A stretch of DNA of 63,022 nucleotides, counting the filler, from Asterionella formosa (Eukaryota): the NCBI GenBank assembly GCA_002256025.1. It is 24 parts of 24 records of this genome, joined end to end, with 100 filler letters (N's around TTAATTAATTAA, not from the genome) between each part and the next. Parts side by side here need not be neighbours in the genome. Positions count along the whole stretch, not along the records: positions 4,931 to 30,225 come from NKIB01001997.1; 23 more parts are not named here. One strand, written 5' to 3'. The translations under genes and the position numbers were made by a program. Positions 11,101-22,218 of the stretch are shown one piece after another. Each line of letters begins with the position of its first letter. Position 1 is the first letter of the stretch. The notes under the pieces are model-generated. The model was given only the letters and a program-made list of their open reading frames with translations, searched no databases and had not been told where the DNA came from.

Positions 11101-14100
11101 ATCTTCACACTTGGAAAATTTTCGAGCTTTGGATGTTATTCTTTGGCTTCAAAAGGATGGTCTTTGCAAGAAACTTAGATCACTTCTGAGGTACCTTCCA
11201 ACATCTCGCACTTCTTGTTTCTTTACTCAAGGTATTCAGGTTGATGATCCAAAGAATGCTCTCTCATATTGTCCAGCCCTGAAATTTAGGTCTATTGTCA
11301 CCAGCTCAATGCACATCAATCATCTATATCTTCATTTTGAAGTCATGCACATAATGAAATTTACTCGAACTGGCGAATGTAGTCATCCAGTCCAATACAA
11401 TACGTGGATTTATCATTGCCCTTCTATCCAAGTGGTTATGGAGTCTACAGCAGCATTTTGTTTAAAAGCAACTATTTTCCAGTCTATCCAACTCTTTTGC
11501 CCTTCGGTGCAATATTTGATTTGTAACGTTCAGATGAATCTCCCAGTTGGGGTGCGTTTCATCTAGCTATAGATGTTTTTGTCTGGTTGATGCTTCTTGT
11601 CGTGCAATCATTCCTGATAATTTCTTGAGAATGCCAATTCAATCTAACTCTCCCATCTATGTTCGGAACAAGTCTACATGACAAGACTCACTGATATGCA
11701 AATCATAATTCCAGTTTGGACACACTGCCACTCCTAGCTATGCACATCTTCAACAGTATTGCAAGATACACCGCCGCACCTCTTACATTGGTGATCCAGG
11801 TCAATCTCAACATGTACATTATGCCATTGATGCAGAAATCTATTATTCCTGTGGTCATGATGATTTCAAATAAGGTTATGTCTGATATAGCTATAAATTC
11901 ATACAAACCCAGTTTTGGCACATTGGTGCCCTCCGATGATTTATCTGGTACCATGGCGATCAAATCGACTTGGATTAGGACGTCCTCTTATTTTATGAAT
12001 TCAATAGGATTAGAATGTCTTCTTATTTTATGAATTCAATAGTACAGAAAATCGATGAATGCAACCTGAGGAGAACTTGTATGAATTTCAGCTACCAATT
12101 CAAGAACGCAGTTGACTACACTTTGATACATATTGCTATGATTGTGAGCACTGCAGAAATTGTTAGCCACCTTTCTCATCATCACCCGCATGATGTCTTC
12201 GAATTTCCCCAATATCTCCAGTATCTTCAGACAATCATGTTTGGCAGCAAGCTCTCTTGAGAAATTCGCTTTATTTCCACCCCATATCCCCTTCTGCACA
12301 ATCTTTGATTTATAATGTGCATTAGGATCCCTTAATATGGTTTTTCACCTATTCCTATGAAGTTTCTTGTCTAGTCAATGACATTATGGTTGATGGTTGT
12401 GGTGAAATCACTTCTGATGACTGCATTGGAGCGGTTACAGAATTTAATCTGCCTCTCCCATTTTACGATTTTGCAGATGATTTTTCTGCTTCCATGGCGG
12501 TCCATTCGACTTGGATTAGGTTACCTTCTTATTTTATGAATTTAATAGTACAGAAAATGGAAGACTGTAAACTGAGGCTCTGCATGATGTGGAACTACCA
12601 AATCAATGAAGTTGCCTACACCAAAACAATGATGCTAACAATCATCATAGTAAGGTTAATCAATGTCATTATGGATATTGATACCTACTTACAATATTAC
12701 ATCTCGCACCATAACAAGCCGCATGTCGTCCCCATTTTCCATTCTCTATAACAATCATCAGACAATTATGTTTGGTATCCAGCTCATATGGGTCATCTTC
12801 TTTGGTTTATAATGATCCAAATTGTTTGTTGTGCACATTCTCCACTGGAAGATTGCTGGCATTTTACAATGCAACTTTTTGAAAGATCTCCTCCTGATTT
12901 TGGAAATGTTTAGGCATGTCATTGGCGAGTTTATGATTTACAGAGTTATTATCTACGTTTTCCTGTATGAATCTCATTGGAAGGTTCATACTATGGCAAT
13001 TGTACCTCACATGGAAGATTTCTCAGCTCTTTGGATTGGATATCCTACTTTGATTGATGTTGAGCGATGTTCACATCCATTGTTTAATGCTTTCTATTTA
13101 AAAGATTGAATAGGATGCATCTATTCGTACTTTTTCTGGACATTTACTCTGGTTTCTGCTTACTACATTTCTCATGAGCAAGTACATGCTGATTCATCCT
13201 CCTGAGGACTGCATTGGAACTGTTACGGAATTCTTTGCCTTAATGCACCACCCAACAGTGAAATCCAATGAATTCTGCCTTTTGCAACTGCTTGCACTTG
13301 GGATCCCATCTACTATTCAGGAAATCAATTCTGTTCCATTTTCTTCTCCAACAATATTGGCTATGCACATCACAACTTGCCACCTTCAATTTGATTTCAT
13401 GTCACCATATTCTACTGTGCCTCAACATACACTCACACTGAAATATGCTCTTAGTGGCTTTACGGTCCTATTGAATGAATTGAACAATGAAAGTCATGCC
13501 CTGATGAATCTCGGGAATCAACAGATCCGTGTGTCCTATTTTACTTCTGTTTACGACAGGACCAGCACTCAAGGCCTACATGCAAATACCCAACTTAGTC
13601 AAATCTCATTTTTCAAGATTGACTCCACTGTTTTTCTCTTGATGCCAAGATTCTTTCATTACTTTCTTGCCTGTTGGTGCTTCCTTTGCATCATTGCATG
13701 AATATGATGGAAACTTAATTCCTTCATTTTTCCGGTTTTGATCACCTACTCTTGCTACTTCCCTTGGCCTCACCAGTCAGAAACACCATCAGAAAATTCC
13801 TGTTACTTTTCTTCCAGATATCTCATTATTTCATGAGATGGGGTGGATTTTATGAATCGCTGTCCTATCATGATGTAGATTCATATGCCTGTCTGTTTGT
13901 CTGTGAACGCCTGTCTGGTGTTCTCGCTCTACTCTCTATCTCTACAAAAACTACTTTAAAACTACTCTAATCACTCTTTTAACAAAACCCCCTCCAAATT
14001 GTTCCTGTTGAGCTTGTCAGGTTCATTAATTGACTCACAATTCTCTCCTCGTCCTCCTCCTTTGTCCTCGTCATTATTCGCCATCATTCCCTCTTTCACA

Positions 14101-14103
14101 ACA
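8200..14103 (+). mobile_element. Heavily decayed, probably LTR-type element with internal duplications; putative PPT (~13835-13847) and LTR-like 3' segment
   Basis: Short ORF fragments lie mostly on +. The region is CpG-poor with internal duplications (~9005/9085, ~10600/10700, ~11950/12490). Purine tract GAGATGGGGTGGA precedes a pyrimidine-rich segment ending CAACA. No catalytic motif recognised. Confidence 0.3.
9165..9254. mobile_element. 90-bp MITE with ~21-bp TIRs (GCAAGTTGCGGTAATTTTGCT)
   Basis: Left end GCAAGTTGCGGTAATTTTGCT; right end AGCAAAATGATCGCAACTTGC (2 mismatches). Second copy at 37641-37740; the same TIR occurs at 39508. Confidence 0.75.
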
Positions 14104-14109
14104 TATATA

Positions 14110-14328
14110 CAAAATATATTTTATATGATGGGAAATAGCAAGCTAAAAATGATATTTATGCTCTATTTGTGGGCAGTAGGTAAGCGAATGGTGCGACAAT
14201 AGCTAGCTGTGAATTGCCTCAACCATACCCTTCTTGGTGGCCAGGCGCCACTCGTACCGTCAAACTACTCGCGCCACCCAGCCTCGAACACATGTACCGG
14301 TATACCGGGACTCGCAGGGATGAGACCG
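14110..14328. repeat. Second, internally deleted copy of the 7444-7721 repeat
   Basis: Direct similarity to 7444-7710. Carries an extra CCGGTA-containing insert after CACATGTA. Confidence 0.8.
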
Positions 14329-14530
14329 CGTGTATTTGCTACCTTGAACAAACCTTGTTGGCGTTCTTTTCTTATGTAGGCGGTCATATACAGCGGGTAC
14401 AATATATCATACACTCGAAGTAATAAATATTTCGTACCAGGTGGTACCAGGTACCAGGTATACTCATAAATAAAAAGTTAACTAATGATAAATAAATATA
14501 CTGTTCCTTATAAAAGGCATACTGAACGCT

Positions 14531-16251
14531 ATGATGATGTTGCGTTCAATTGTTCCCCGTCGCCTGCCTTTGACGTTGGCTTGTCGATACACGTCTTCTG
14601 CTGGTATTGAGGTAGCAGAATGGTTACAGGAAAGCTCAGAACATGATGGTGTTGCGCAGATACCGGCGTACATGAATTGGATCGACGGCAACTTCGTCGC
14701 CTCATCTACTCACGAATGGATGAATGTCACGAATCCGGCCACAAACACAGTGGTTGGTCGGCTGCCAGAATCAACGCCACAAGAGCTGGAGTCGGCAATA
14801 GAGACTTCTGCAAAGGCATTTGCATACTGGAAGCAAGTTCCAGTGCAGCAACGACAACGTGTCAACCTCAAGTATCAACAGTTGATTCGTGATCGCACAG
14901 ACGACATTGCAAGGTTGATTACGTTAGAAAATGGCAAAACCATGGCCGACGCGCGTGGGGATGTCTTTCGGGGGCTGGAGGTTGTTGAGTCTGCTTGCAA
15001 CGTGGCCGATAAGATGATGGGAGAAACATTGGGCGGGTTGTCAACTTCAATTGATTGCACCACCTTCAGGCAGCCTCTTGGAGTGTGTGCAGGCATTGCC
15101 CCTTTTAACTTCCCAGCCATGATTCCTTTATGGATGTTTCCACTTGCTGTAGCTGCTGGAAATACATTTGTTCTTAAGCCAAGCGAAAGAACACCAGGAG
15201 CTTCCATGTTGCTGGCGCAGCTAGCACAAGAAGCTGGACTTCCAAATGGTGTACTAAATGTTATCCATGGATCTAGGTCCATTGTGAATGGAATTTGTGA
15301 CCATCCAACCATCAAAGCAATATCATTTGTCGGCTCCAGCCAAGCGGGTGAATTTATATTTGATAGAGGGACGAAGAATGGGAAGAGAGTCCAAGCCAAC
15401 CTCGGGGCCAAAAATCATGCGGTGATCTTGCCTGATGCTGATCGAGCCACAACCATCAAGGCTCTTGTTGGTGCTGCTTTTGGCGCTGCGGGACAAAGAT
15501 GTATGGCTCTTAGCGTTGTCATATTGGTGGGAAGAGCTCAAGAGTGGATTCCAGATTTGGTTGCTGAAGCGTCCAAGCTCAAGGTTGGAAATGGATTCGA
15601 CGTGAGCTCAGACCTGGGGCCGTTGATTACTGTTGAGAGCAAAGAGCGCGTGAAAAGTATTATTGGTTTGGCTGTGGAGCAAGGGGCTAAACTTGAATTG
15701 GACGGAAGAAATATTGTCGTTAAAGATTTTGAAAATGGTAACTTCGTTGGTCCCAGCATCCTTTCTCAGCTAAAGTTAGGCAATATTGCATACGAAACTG
15801 AAATATTTGGCCCGGTTCTCCTCTGCATGGAAGCCGAAACATTGGAAGAAGCCATGGATATTATTAACGGAAACCCTTACGGAAATGGTACAGCGTTGTT
15901 TACAAAGTCCGGAGCTGCTGCAAGGAAATTCCAAATGGACATTGATGGTGAGCATTCGTTACTTGTCATTCTCGCTGATGCCCGAGAATTTTGTATTTTA
16001 TTAACTTTGTTTGTCCTTTTGTCTCACTGGTTCATATAGTCGGGCAAGTAGGAATCAATACCCCTATTCCTGTGCCGCTACCGATGTTTTCGTTCACTGG
16101 CAGCAGAGGCTCAATCCGTGGAGACATCAATTTTTACGGAAAGTCTGGAGTGAGTTTCTACACTCAAATAAAGACAGTGACTTCCAACTGGCCAATTGGT
16201 AGCCAGACTGAATTAGGAGGTGTCAACATGCCTATGATGGGCAAGAAATGA
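14531..16251 (+). CDS. ALDH6A1: Methylmalonate-semialdehyde dehydrogenase (acylating), mitochondrial; exons 14531-15947 and 16040-16251
   Basis: Motifs [62 protein letters not shown] and EIFGPV. A 92-nt GT..AG intron (15948-16039) restores [24 protein letters not shown]. Arg-rich N-terminal presequence. Confidence 0.96.
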
Positions 16252-16349
16252 GAACAATGAATTCTAGGACCTACGGAATATTTATGTGACGTGGAAATTA
16301 ATTTTCGGGGACATCGTAGTCATTAGTTGCAAACACGACACTAGTCTTG

Positions 16350-19300
16350 TTAAGCAGACACTAGCCCCTTTTGTAGCTCGTCAATTATCTCGTTAGGCTT
16401 CATGTCGATGTCGGCAACTTCCAGAAGCTCATAAATATTCTTTGTCTTTTGACAATCCTCCACTTTCTTCACAACTTGTATAACACTTTGCTCAACTAAC
16501 TCATCGCTCATATTTACCACAAAAACAGATGACAATTTATCAAGGATGGCATACAATGTAATCATAGGCCTCAATGGCATTGCAAAATCGTCAATCATCG
16601 GCCCACTGGAGGTTCCGCTGTTGTTTTGTCGAGTGGAGGGTTCGGCCTCCATAATAGTGTTGCAAGTCTCCCACTCTGAAAACGCAGTGGCTTTGGTAAG
16701 ACGAGTACTTCCACGTTTGGGCGAGAGGCATCCACTTTCATCGGCCCCAACTGCGTGTCGGCGTCCAGCACAGGCAAGGAGACCACACAGAAATAGCTTC
16801 TTATTCACAATCCATCGGCGGTCCGCATGAGGCAACTTTTCTTTATTATTTTGATTTGAATCATCAGATCCATTGTTGTCGAATAAAATGCAGCACAACC
16901 CAGCCATTGGTGCCGAATCGGCAATACCGCGCATGAGGGATGCAGCCGTCGCAGACCCTACACCTTGATAATCTTTGGCCATAATAATTCTGCTTGCGGC
17001 GAGAAATCCACCACTAAGTGCCCGGGCGTGACTGGCAATATCAGGAGCATCATGCTCAGCGTCGTTCGCGAACATGTCAGCCATGAAGAGTTGATAAAAC
17101 ATAAGGGCCATATTAGACGACAATGATCCTCCTCCACAGTCCCCATTTAGGGGCTCCCCGAACGCTACTCGTAAAAGAAGTAATCGAACATCGTGGAGAA
17201 CAGTCCAAAGCATTGATTTCGGCCTTACACCAAGTAGGTTAGAAACAGTCGTTTGGTAGTCAGTCAAAGCCATATCGACAGCAACCAGAGGTACTTTTGA
17301 GCTTTCTGATGAAACCAAAGGTAGAATGATGTTACACGAAACTCGCGAGTTTCGAAGACTAGCACCTTCCCATTCGCTTTTCGGAGCCTTTGGGTGAGTT
17401 CGATCAGCATTCTTAGCCTTTGCGTGGCAGCTGCAGTGGATTGCGTTTCCGGCCGATACAGTTGTCGTGAACTGCGTAGGTCGGCGATTTGGAAGCGTTG
17501 CTGACAGAGACGACGACGAAACATTCGAAGACTTTCTCAGTGCATCAGCAGCAATCCTAGCAGGACGAAACCAGTCACGATCAATTTTGGAATTAACCAA
17601 CGAAGGAGGCAAGACTGACGGGAGCGAAACCAGTAACATGACGCCTTCAATGCTTCCCGCACTACCACATTTATGGGGCTGAATAGTTACTTTCTTCACG
17701 TAAGCATAGAGCCCAAGAAGCTCTGATGGTTGAAGCACCCTGCCCTCCTGGCAAACGGCACAGGTCAAGCCCTCCTCGTCTTCTAGTGCCTCCATTTCTG
17801 CTATCCAAGCAGGTAGTTTTGTTTCAGATTTCTTGCTCTTCTTCATCGAAGATCGAGTGTTTCCTGTTCCTTCGTTACCCGTCGCCGGTGAGGACGAACC
17901 AAAGAAATCGAAGACAGGTGCCAGTAACGACGAAGCGCTTATAGGGGCTGTTGCAACAACATTCTTGTTGGACCCTGTTTCCAGGTTCCCGGCCAAGGGC
18001 CCGTGGGCACTCAAGCTCACCAATGCCTTGCTACGTCGCTCTTCCGCAATTTCCTTCTTGCGATCTCTGGTTCTCCGGCGTATTGCATTCACCTCCTTAG
18101 TTACCACGTCATTGCCTTCCCTTAACTCATCTATTATTGTCTCTGCCAGAAGACCCATACCAAACGTGGATATTTGAGATTTTTTGTTGTCGGAGGTGCT
18201 CTCGATCCAATGACAAGCCTCGAGAAACGATCGCTCTTCATTCTCTTCTCCAAAAGTCACTCCAGCAATAAGCGATTGTGTCCCTTCGTGGCCTTTAGCT
18301 AGCCCGCGAAGCATATCGAAAGCAATTTTCACGCCCTTTCGTTGAAAGTATTTCCGCCATTCTGCCTCGAGTTGCTCTTTCTTCACTTCTTCCTTCTTTG
18401 TTACGGCATGCTTCGGCCACAGAGCTGCTGTCCACGGAGGAGGACCGGATGGAAACCCCTGCAAAACGAAGAAAACAATACCCTGTACAAACTCACATTT
18501 CAGTAGCTCAGATCGAAGTGTGTGACAGACATCGCTTGGAGGAAGGTTGATCGCAGCTTGAACGAAGGTGTCCATAATCACGAATCCACGGCTTGTGGTG
18601 TGCTCGCTTTCGCCGCAATCGGCAAGTTTCTCAACGGCAACATGGGCGACAAAATGCTCAGCAAGTTCCCTTGACAAAGACACTTGGCCATATGTAAGGA
18701 ATGGCAGCAACTTTGCAATGACTTTGCGTAGCGGCGGGCCCAAGTAAATTGTCCTTAAAGATGAAAGCAATAAAGGAAGAGTCGAAGTCCCTTGGTCATT
18801 TTCCATGTCGTCTTCTGCCGTCTCATCGTCAGTGGAAATGTCGGACGCCAAAGTTTCAATCAACTCTTCTATGAGATCTGCAGTGGGGTTGTTCACAACC
18901 GTAGCGTTCTGGTCAGTTGACGAATCCATGTCACTGGGTTCATCGATGAGGTTCAAAACATCGAGTAGCAGTCGCAAGAGAATGGTTGGTGCTCGTGCTT
19001 CCACGAGTTTCTTCCGATTGCTCTGCAGCTGGGAGCAATGTCGGAGCAACTTCAAACCAGAACAAGGTGAGCTTTTCATGAATTCAGCAAGCGATGGATT
19101 GCACTCCATTCGTTTTCCCTTCTTGTTTGTTTTCAATTTTACGTCATCCCGCCGTATACGACGAAGTATATCGCGAACGTGAGTCCGGATAGAGCGAAGA
19201 AGAACACATATGCCTCTACTGTCAGTTACAATGCGGGTCAAGCCAAACTCCTGATCCATGAGTCGTTCACGCTCCTCTTGAGAAGATGAATCAGCGGGGG

Positions 19301-21581
19301 CTTCCGGATCACTGAGCTGCTCAACGTGATCTTCTGTAGCTTCCCCATCAACCCCAACAAGTCGATATGTCACAACCATAGGCGGCAACGCTGAACCTGG
19401 TGTATCCGCAGTTATCGTGTTTCGTCCGTTGCTCCTTTCACCTAAACTGGAACTGAAAACCATAGAAAGGCCCGATCCCGTTGAAAAGAAAGACGGCGCT
19501 GGCTGCCCGGAAAGGAGGGACGACGGGAGAACTGAAGAAGAGTTTTCCATCAGATGATTTCTCCACAGGACCTGATGGACAACTCGAAGCTTGAGATCAA
19601 TGTTGAGAATCTTGTTGCCTACTAGAAGCTCCAGCATTTCCGAACTTTCGGCCATTTGCAAATCATTTGCAATGTAACGACGTAAATCCCGGACGGTTGG
19701 ATCATTGTTTCCAACTGATGCAGAATTCGCACCTGCTAACAAAGCTGCCATAGGGATGGGATTACGACTTAGTGATCTACGGAAAAATTCTTCTTGACTG
19801 GGTGCACGCCGCATAAATAATTTAATAGATAGAGGCTTTTTTGGTGGCTTGACAATATCACAAACAGTATGCAATAGGGACTGTTCCGATGCGATGCTTA
19901 GCAAGCGACTTCCGGCGACTGATAGTTTCGGGGTTTCGAGTTGCGGCCTCTGCAAGAAAGCAGAATGCTGGGCAAATAGAGTCTGCATAGCGGCCCGAAT
20001 GAAGAAACGTTTCTTGTCTTCATCTGTACCTGCAGAGAATGGAGTCAATGATTCACCGTGCACATTTCGCTCTCGGTTTTCAGAGGTGAGCAAATCATGA
20101 TCATTCATATCCTCCATCATTTGATCTCCAAACTCGCGGACTACGTCTACAACATCGGCTTCTTCGTCGTCGTCATTGACAATATCCATTGGGTTGTAGA
20201 CAGGTTCGTCGTCGGACTCGATTTCATCGTCGTCCTCTTCATTTCTTTCGTCCCCATAATCGCTGTTATCATCGGATTCTTGATCATCTTCGTCGTCTTC
20301 CACGTGGTGCTCTTTTTCTTGATCTCGTTCGTCAGCATTTTGCTCTTCGTCTTCGCGTTCATCGTCGTCGTCAATGGCATCCATCAGTAAATCATCCAAA
20401 ACGTTTCTGTCTTGTCGTCGGCCCCTAGAACTCGACACTGCTCTTGCCATTGCTGCAGCCGCGGAACTATGCCTTCCTGTGGAGTCTCCTTCAAGCAAGA
20501 GAGATGCAATCCGCTGACCATGTTCAGAGTCACTGGATTGGATTGAGTTTGATCGAGCTCCATCCTTGTCGTTCGATTTAGCATTTCCTTCGCGAATCAT
20601 GACGGTAGAGTCTGGGTCAATCAGTTGCACCAATTGCGAAACGCACGTATCCATTCCCCTCATTGGAGCAGGGAGGGGATAGTAATCATTCAACGCAGAG
20701 TGGGCTACGATGAGGCAGGCTAAAGGACACAAGGGATATTCTCCAATATGAATGGACGGAAGGGTCGAAGTCCAGAGGACGTTGTTCAATCGTCGAAGCA
20801 CATCTAGTCTCTTCGAAGAAGTTTCTTCAAAATTTCCACGAGAGGAAGTAGATGCAGCGCGTCGCCTTCGCTTGCTAGTTGGTGATTCTTCCGTTGCCTT
20901 ACGTACCACGTTGTCCGTTTGGGTAGCAATAAAATTGAGGAGTACCAAACGGTAACATAAATCCACCAAAAGAATCAACCTTTTCTGCATTGCCTCCAAT
21001 GATTCATCTGACTGGAAGACGAGGGAGCTACACTTTCCTCGTGCTTGCGAAGGATGAAGAATTGAAATCAAGTTTACAATGGATCTGGTCAGCCACCGGA
21101 GACCTCCTGAAGCCACAAATGATTCCTCTTCCCCAGCCAGAAAATGCTTAATCAGACCAAATATTTGAATATCTCCGGGGCAAGTAGTGTGGCGATCAGC
21201 AAATGAAACTAACGCTTCTCGCATTATGGTCGTCGGTCCTTGGAGAAGGAAACAGGAAGCAACCTGTCGCACTCGCAAGTTTGGCGACAGCAGAGACTGA
21301 AAGATCCAGTGCTCCCAAGATGCCGAGTTGCTCGAAATTATAAATTGATTTGGTTGATCTCGTTTCTTCTTCTTTCTTGGTTTTTTCTTTTTGTATTCTA
21401 ACTTGCGTTTCTTATGCTTCTGGTGGTACGATGTAGAAGCTTCTAACCGGAAACATGAAGATGTCCACCTAGCAATCTTCCTCGCGGCTTCGAACCGAGC
21501 TAATGCCTCTTTCACCGTTTCTTCCAGAGCTTCTGGACGACCATAAAGCCCTTCCAGGAGCGGGAGAGATGCAGAGTGCAT
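16350..21581 (-). CDS. UBR4/BIG/Purity-of-essence C-terminal-like E3 ubiquitin ligase (~1743 aa, single exon)
   Basis: UBR4 C-terminal motifs: QEEFF, ELLVGNKI, PPMVVTYRLVGVDGEATED, EDEEGLTCAVCQEG, LLGLYAYVK, AIHCSCH and EWEGASLRNSRVSCN (hemiRING zinc ligands). First ATG at 21581; the track's 21623 start is TTG. Confidence 0.88.
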   Translation of the reverse strand: MHSASLPLLEGLYGRPEALEETVKEALARFEAARKIARWTSSCFRLEASTSYHQKHKKRKLEYKKKKPRKKKKRDQPNQFIISSNSASWEHWIFQSLLSPNLRVRQVASCFLLQGPTTIMREALVSFADRHTTCPGDIQIFGLIKHFLAGEEESFVASGGLRWLTRSIVNLISILHPSQARGKCSSLVFQSDESLEAMQKRLILLVDLCYRLVLLNFIATQTDNVVRKATEESPTSKRRRRAASTSSRGNFEETSSKRLDVLRRLNNVLWTSTLPSIHIGEYPLCPLACLIVAHSALNDYYPLPAPMRGMDTCVSQLVQLIDPDSTVMIREGNAKSNDKDGARSNSIQSSDSEHGQRIASLLLEGDSTGRHSSAAAAMARAVSSSRGRRQDRNVLDDLLMDAIDDDDEREDEEQNADERDQEKEHHVEDDEDDQESDDNSDYGDERNEEDDDEIESDDEPVYNPMDIVNDDDEEADVVDVVREFGDQMMEDMNDHDLLTSENRERNVHGESLTPFSAGTDEDKKRFFIRAAMQTLFAQHSAFLQRPQLETPKLSVAGSRLLSIASEQSLLHTVCDIVKPPKKPLSIKLFMRRAPSQEEFFRRSLSRNPIPMAALLAGANSASVGNNDPTVRDLRRYIANDLQMAESSEMLELLVGNKILNIDLKLRVVHQVLWRNHLMENSSSVLPSSLLSGQPAPSFFSTGSGLSMVFSSSLGERSNGRNTITADTPGSALPPMVVTYRLVGVDGEATEDHVEQLSDPEAPADSSSQEERERLMDQEFGLTRIVTDSRGICVLLRSIRTHVRDILRRIRRDDVKLKTNKKGKRMECNPSLAEFMKSSPCSGLKLLRHCSQLQSNRKKLVEARAPTILLRLLLDVLNLIDEPSDMDSSTDQNATVVNNPTADLIEELIETLASDISTDDETAEDDMENDQGTSTLPLLLSSLRTIYLGPPLRKVIAKLLPFLTYGQVSLSRELAEHFVAHVAVEKLADCGESEHTTSRGFVIMDTFVQAAINLPPSDVCHTLRSELLKCEFVQGIVFFVLQGFPSGPPPWTAALWPKHAVTKKEEVKKEQLEAEWRKYFQRKGVKIAFDMLRGLAKGHEGTQSLIAGVTFGEENEERSFLEACHWIESTSDNKKSQISTFGMGLLAETIIDELREGNDVVTKEVNAIRRRTRDRKKEIAEERRSKALVSLSAHGPLAGNLETGSNKNVVATAPISASSLLAPVFDFFGSSSPATGNEGTGNTRSSMKKSKKSETKLPAWIAEMEALEDEEGLTCAVCQEGRVLQPSELLGLYAYVKKVTIQPHKCGSAGSIEGVMLLVSLPSVLPPSLVNSKIDRDWFRPARIAADALRKSSNVSSSSLSATLPNRRPTQFTTTVSAGNAIHCSCHAKAKNADRTHPKAPKSEWEGASLRNSRVSCNIILPLVSSESSKVPLVAVDMALTDYQTTVSNLLGVRPKSMLWTVLHDVRLLLLRVAFGEPLNGDCGGGSLSSNMALMFYQLFMADMFANDAEHDAPDIASHARALSGGFLAASRIIMAKDYQGVGSATAASLMRGIADSAPMAGLCCILFDNNGSDDSNQNNKEKLPHADRRWIVNKKLFLCGLLACAGRRHAVGADESGCLSPKRGSTRLTKATAFSEWETCNTIMEAEPSTRQNNSGTSSGPMIDDFAMPLRPMITLYAILDKLSSVFVVNMSDELVEQSVIQVVKKVEDCQKTKNIYELLEVADIDMKPNEIIDELQKGLVSA

Positions 21582-22218
21582 TGGTGAAAGGGTTGTAAAC
21601 AATGGACTGTTGATAAGGTTCAATAATCAGCGGGCCACTAATTTATTCGAGCACTATGCTTCACCCTGCAAAGAACCCGGAAAACAATAATAAGACAGGC
21701 ATCACACATCGAAAAAACCAGTTTCGTTCCGACCCTTTGCTTATGTACCGTATGGTGTACAATTGGGGGTTTTGGATTGGGGTTTTTCCCCACAATCTCA
21801 ATACTCCATATTCCAAAAATCTCCTCGTTTACGTGCATTTCATCCTATGGACATAGAAGTGCCAATGTTTGGCTTTGGTACCAGTACCTGGTACAGATAT
21901 GTCAAGAATATAGCATCAATGGCTATAATGAGTCACAAGGACTGTGGACTCGACTAAAGTCAAATGAGTCAAATGGTGCGTTCCCATGTCAAGAAGCTTG
22001 CTAACAAGATTGATGTCTTAGATCAATCAGAAGAAGGTTTACATCAACGAAAAGGGAACACGAAGAACAGGTTCTCGAAGTGTGATGAATGGGATTGAAA
22101 CTTATTTTTAGTTTAAGCTTATAATTAAGAAACAGCGAGAATTGACAGAGTAAGGTCAATAGCGAAAACTAGCACAAAGGCTAGCAGCAGAAAGAAGATA
22201 ACAATACTACTAGTGGTA

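Noticed and set aside
7444..14328. Direct repeats at 7444 and 14110 as the paired LTRs of one element
   Set aside because: No TG...CA ends, PBS or TSD, and the copies are diverged and differently deleted. Two insertions of a dispersed repeat is the simpler explanation.
15991..16251. Separate 86-aa ORF after ALDH6, and the hydrophobic tail of ORF 14531-16039
   Set aside because: These are exon 2 and translated intron of the same gene (intron 15948-16039).
16546..20955. Multiple plus-strand and alternate-frame ORFs within the UBR4-like gene
   Set aside because: Antisense or shadow ORFs of a long coding sequence, with no recognisable motifs.
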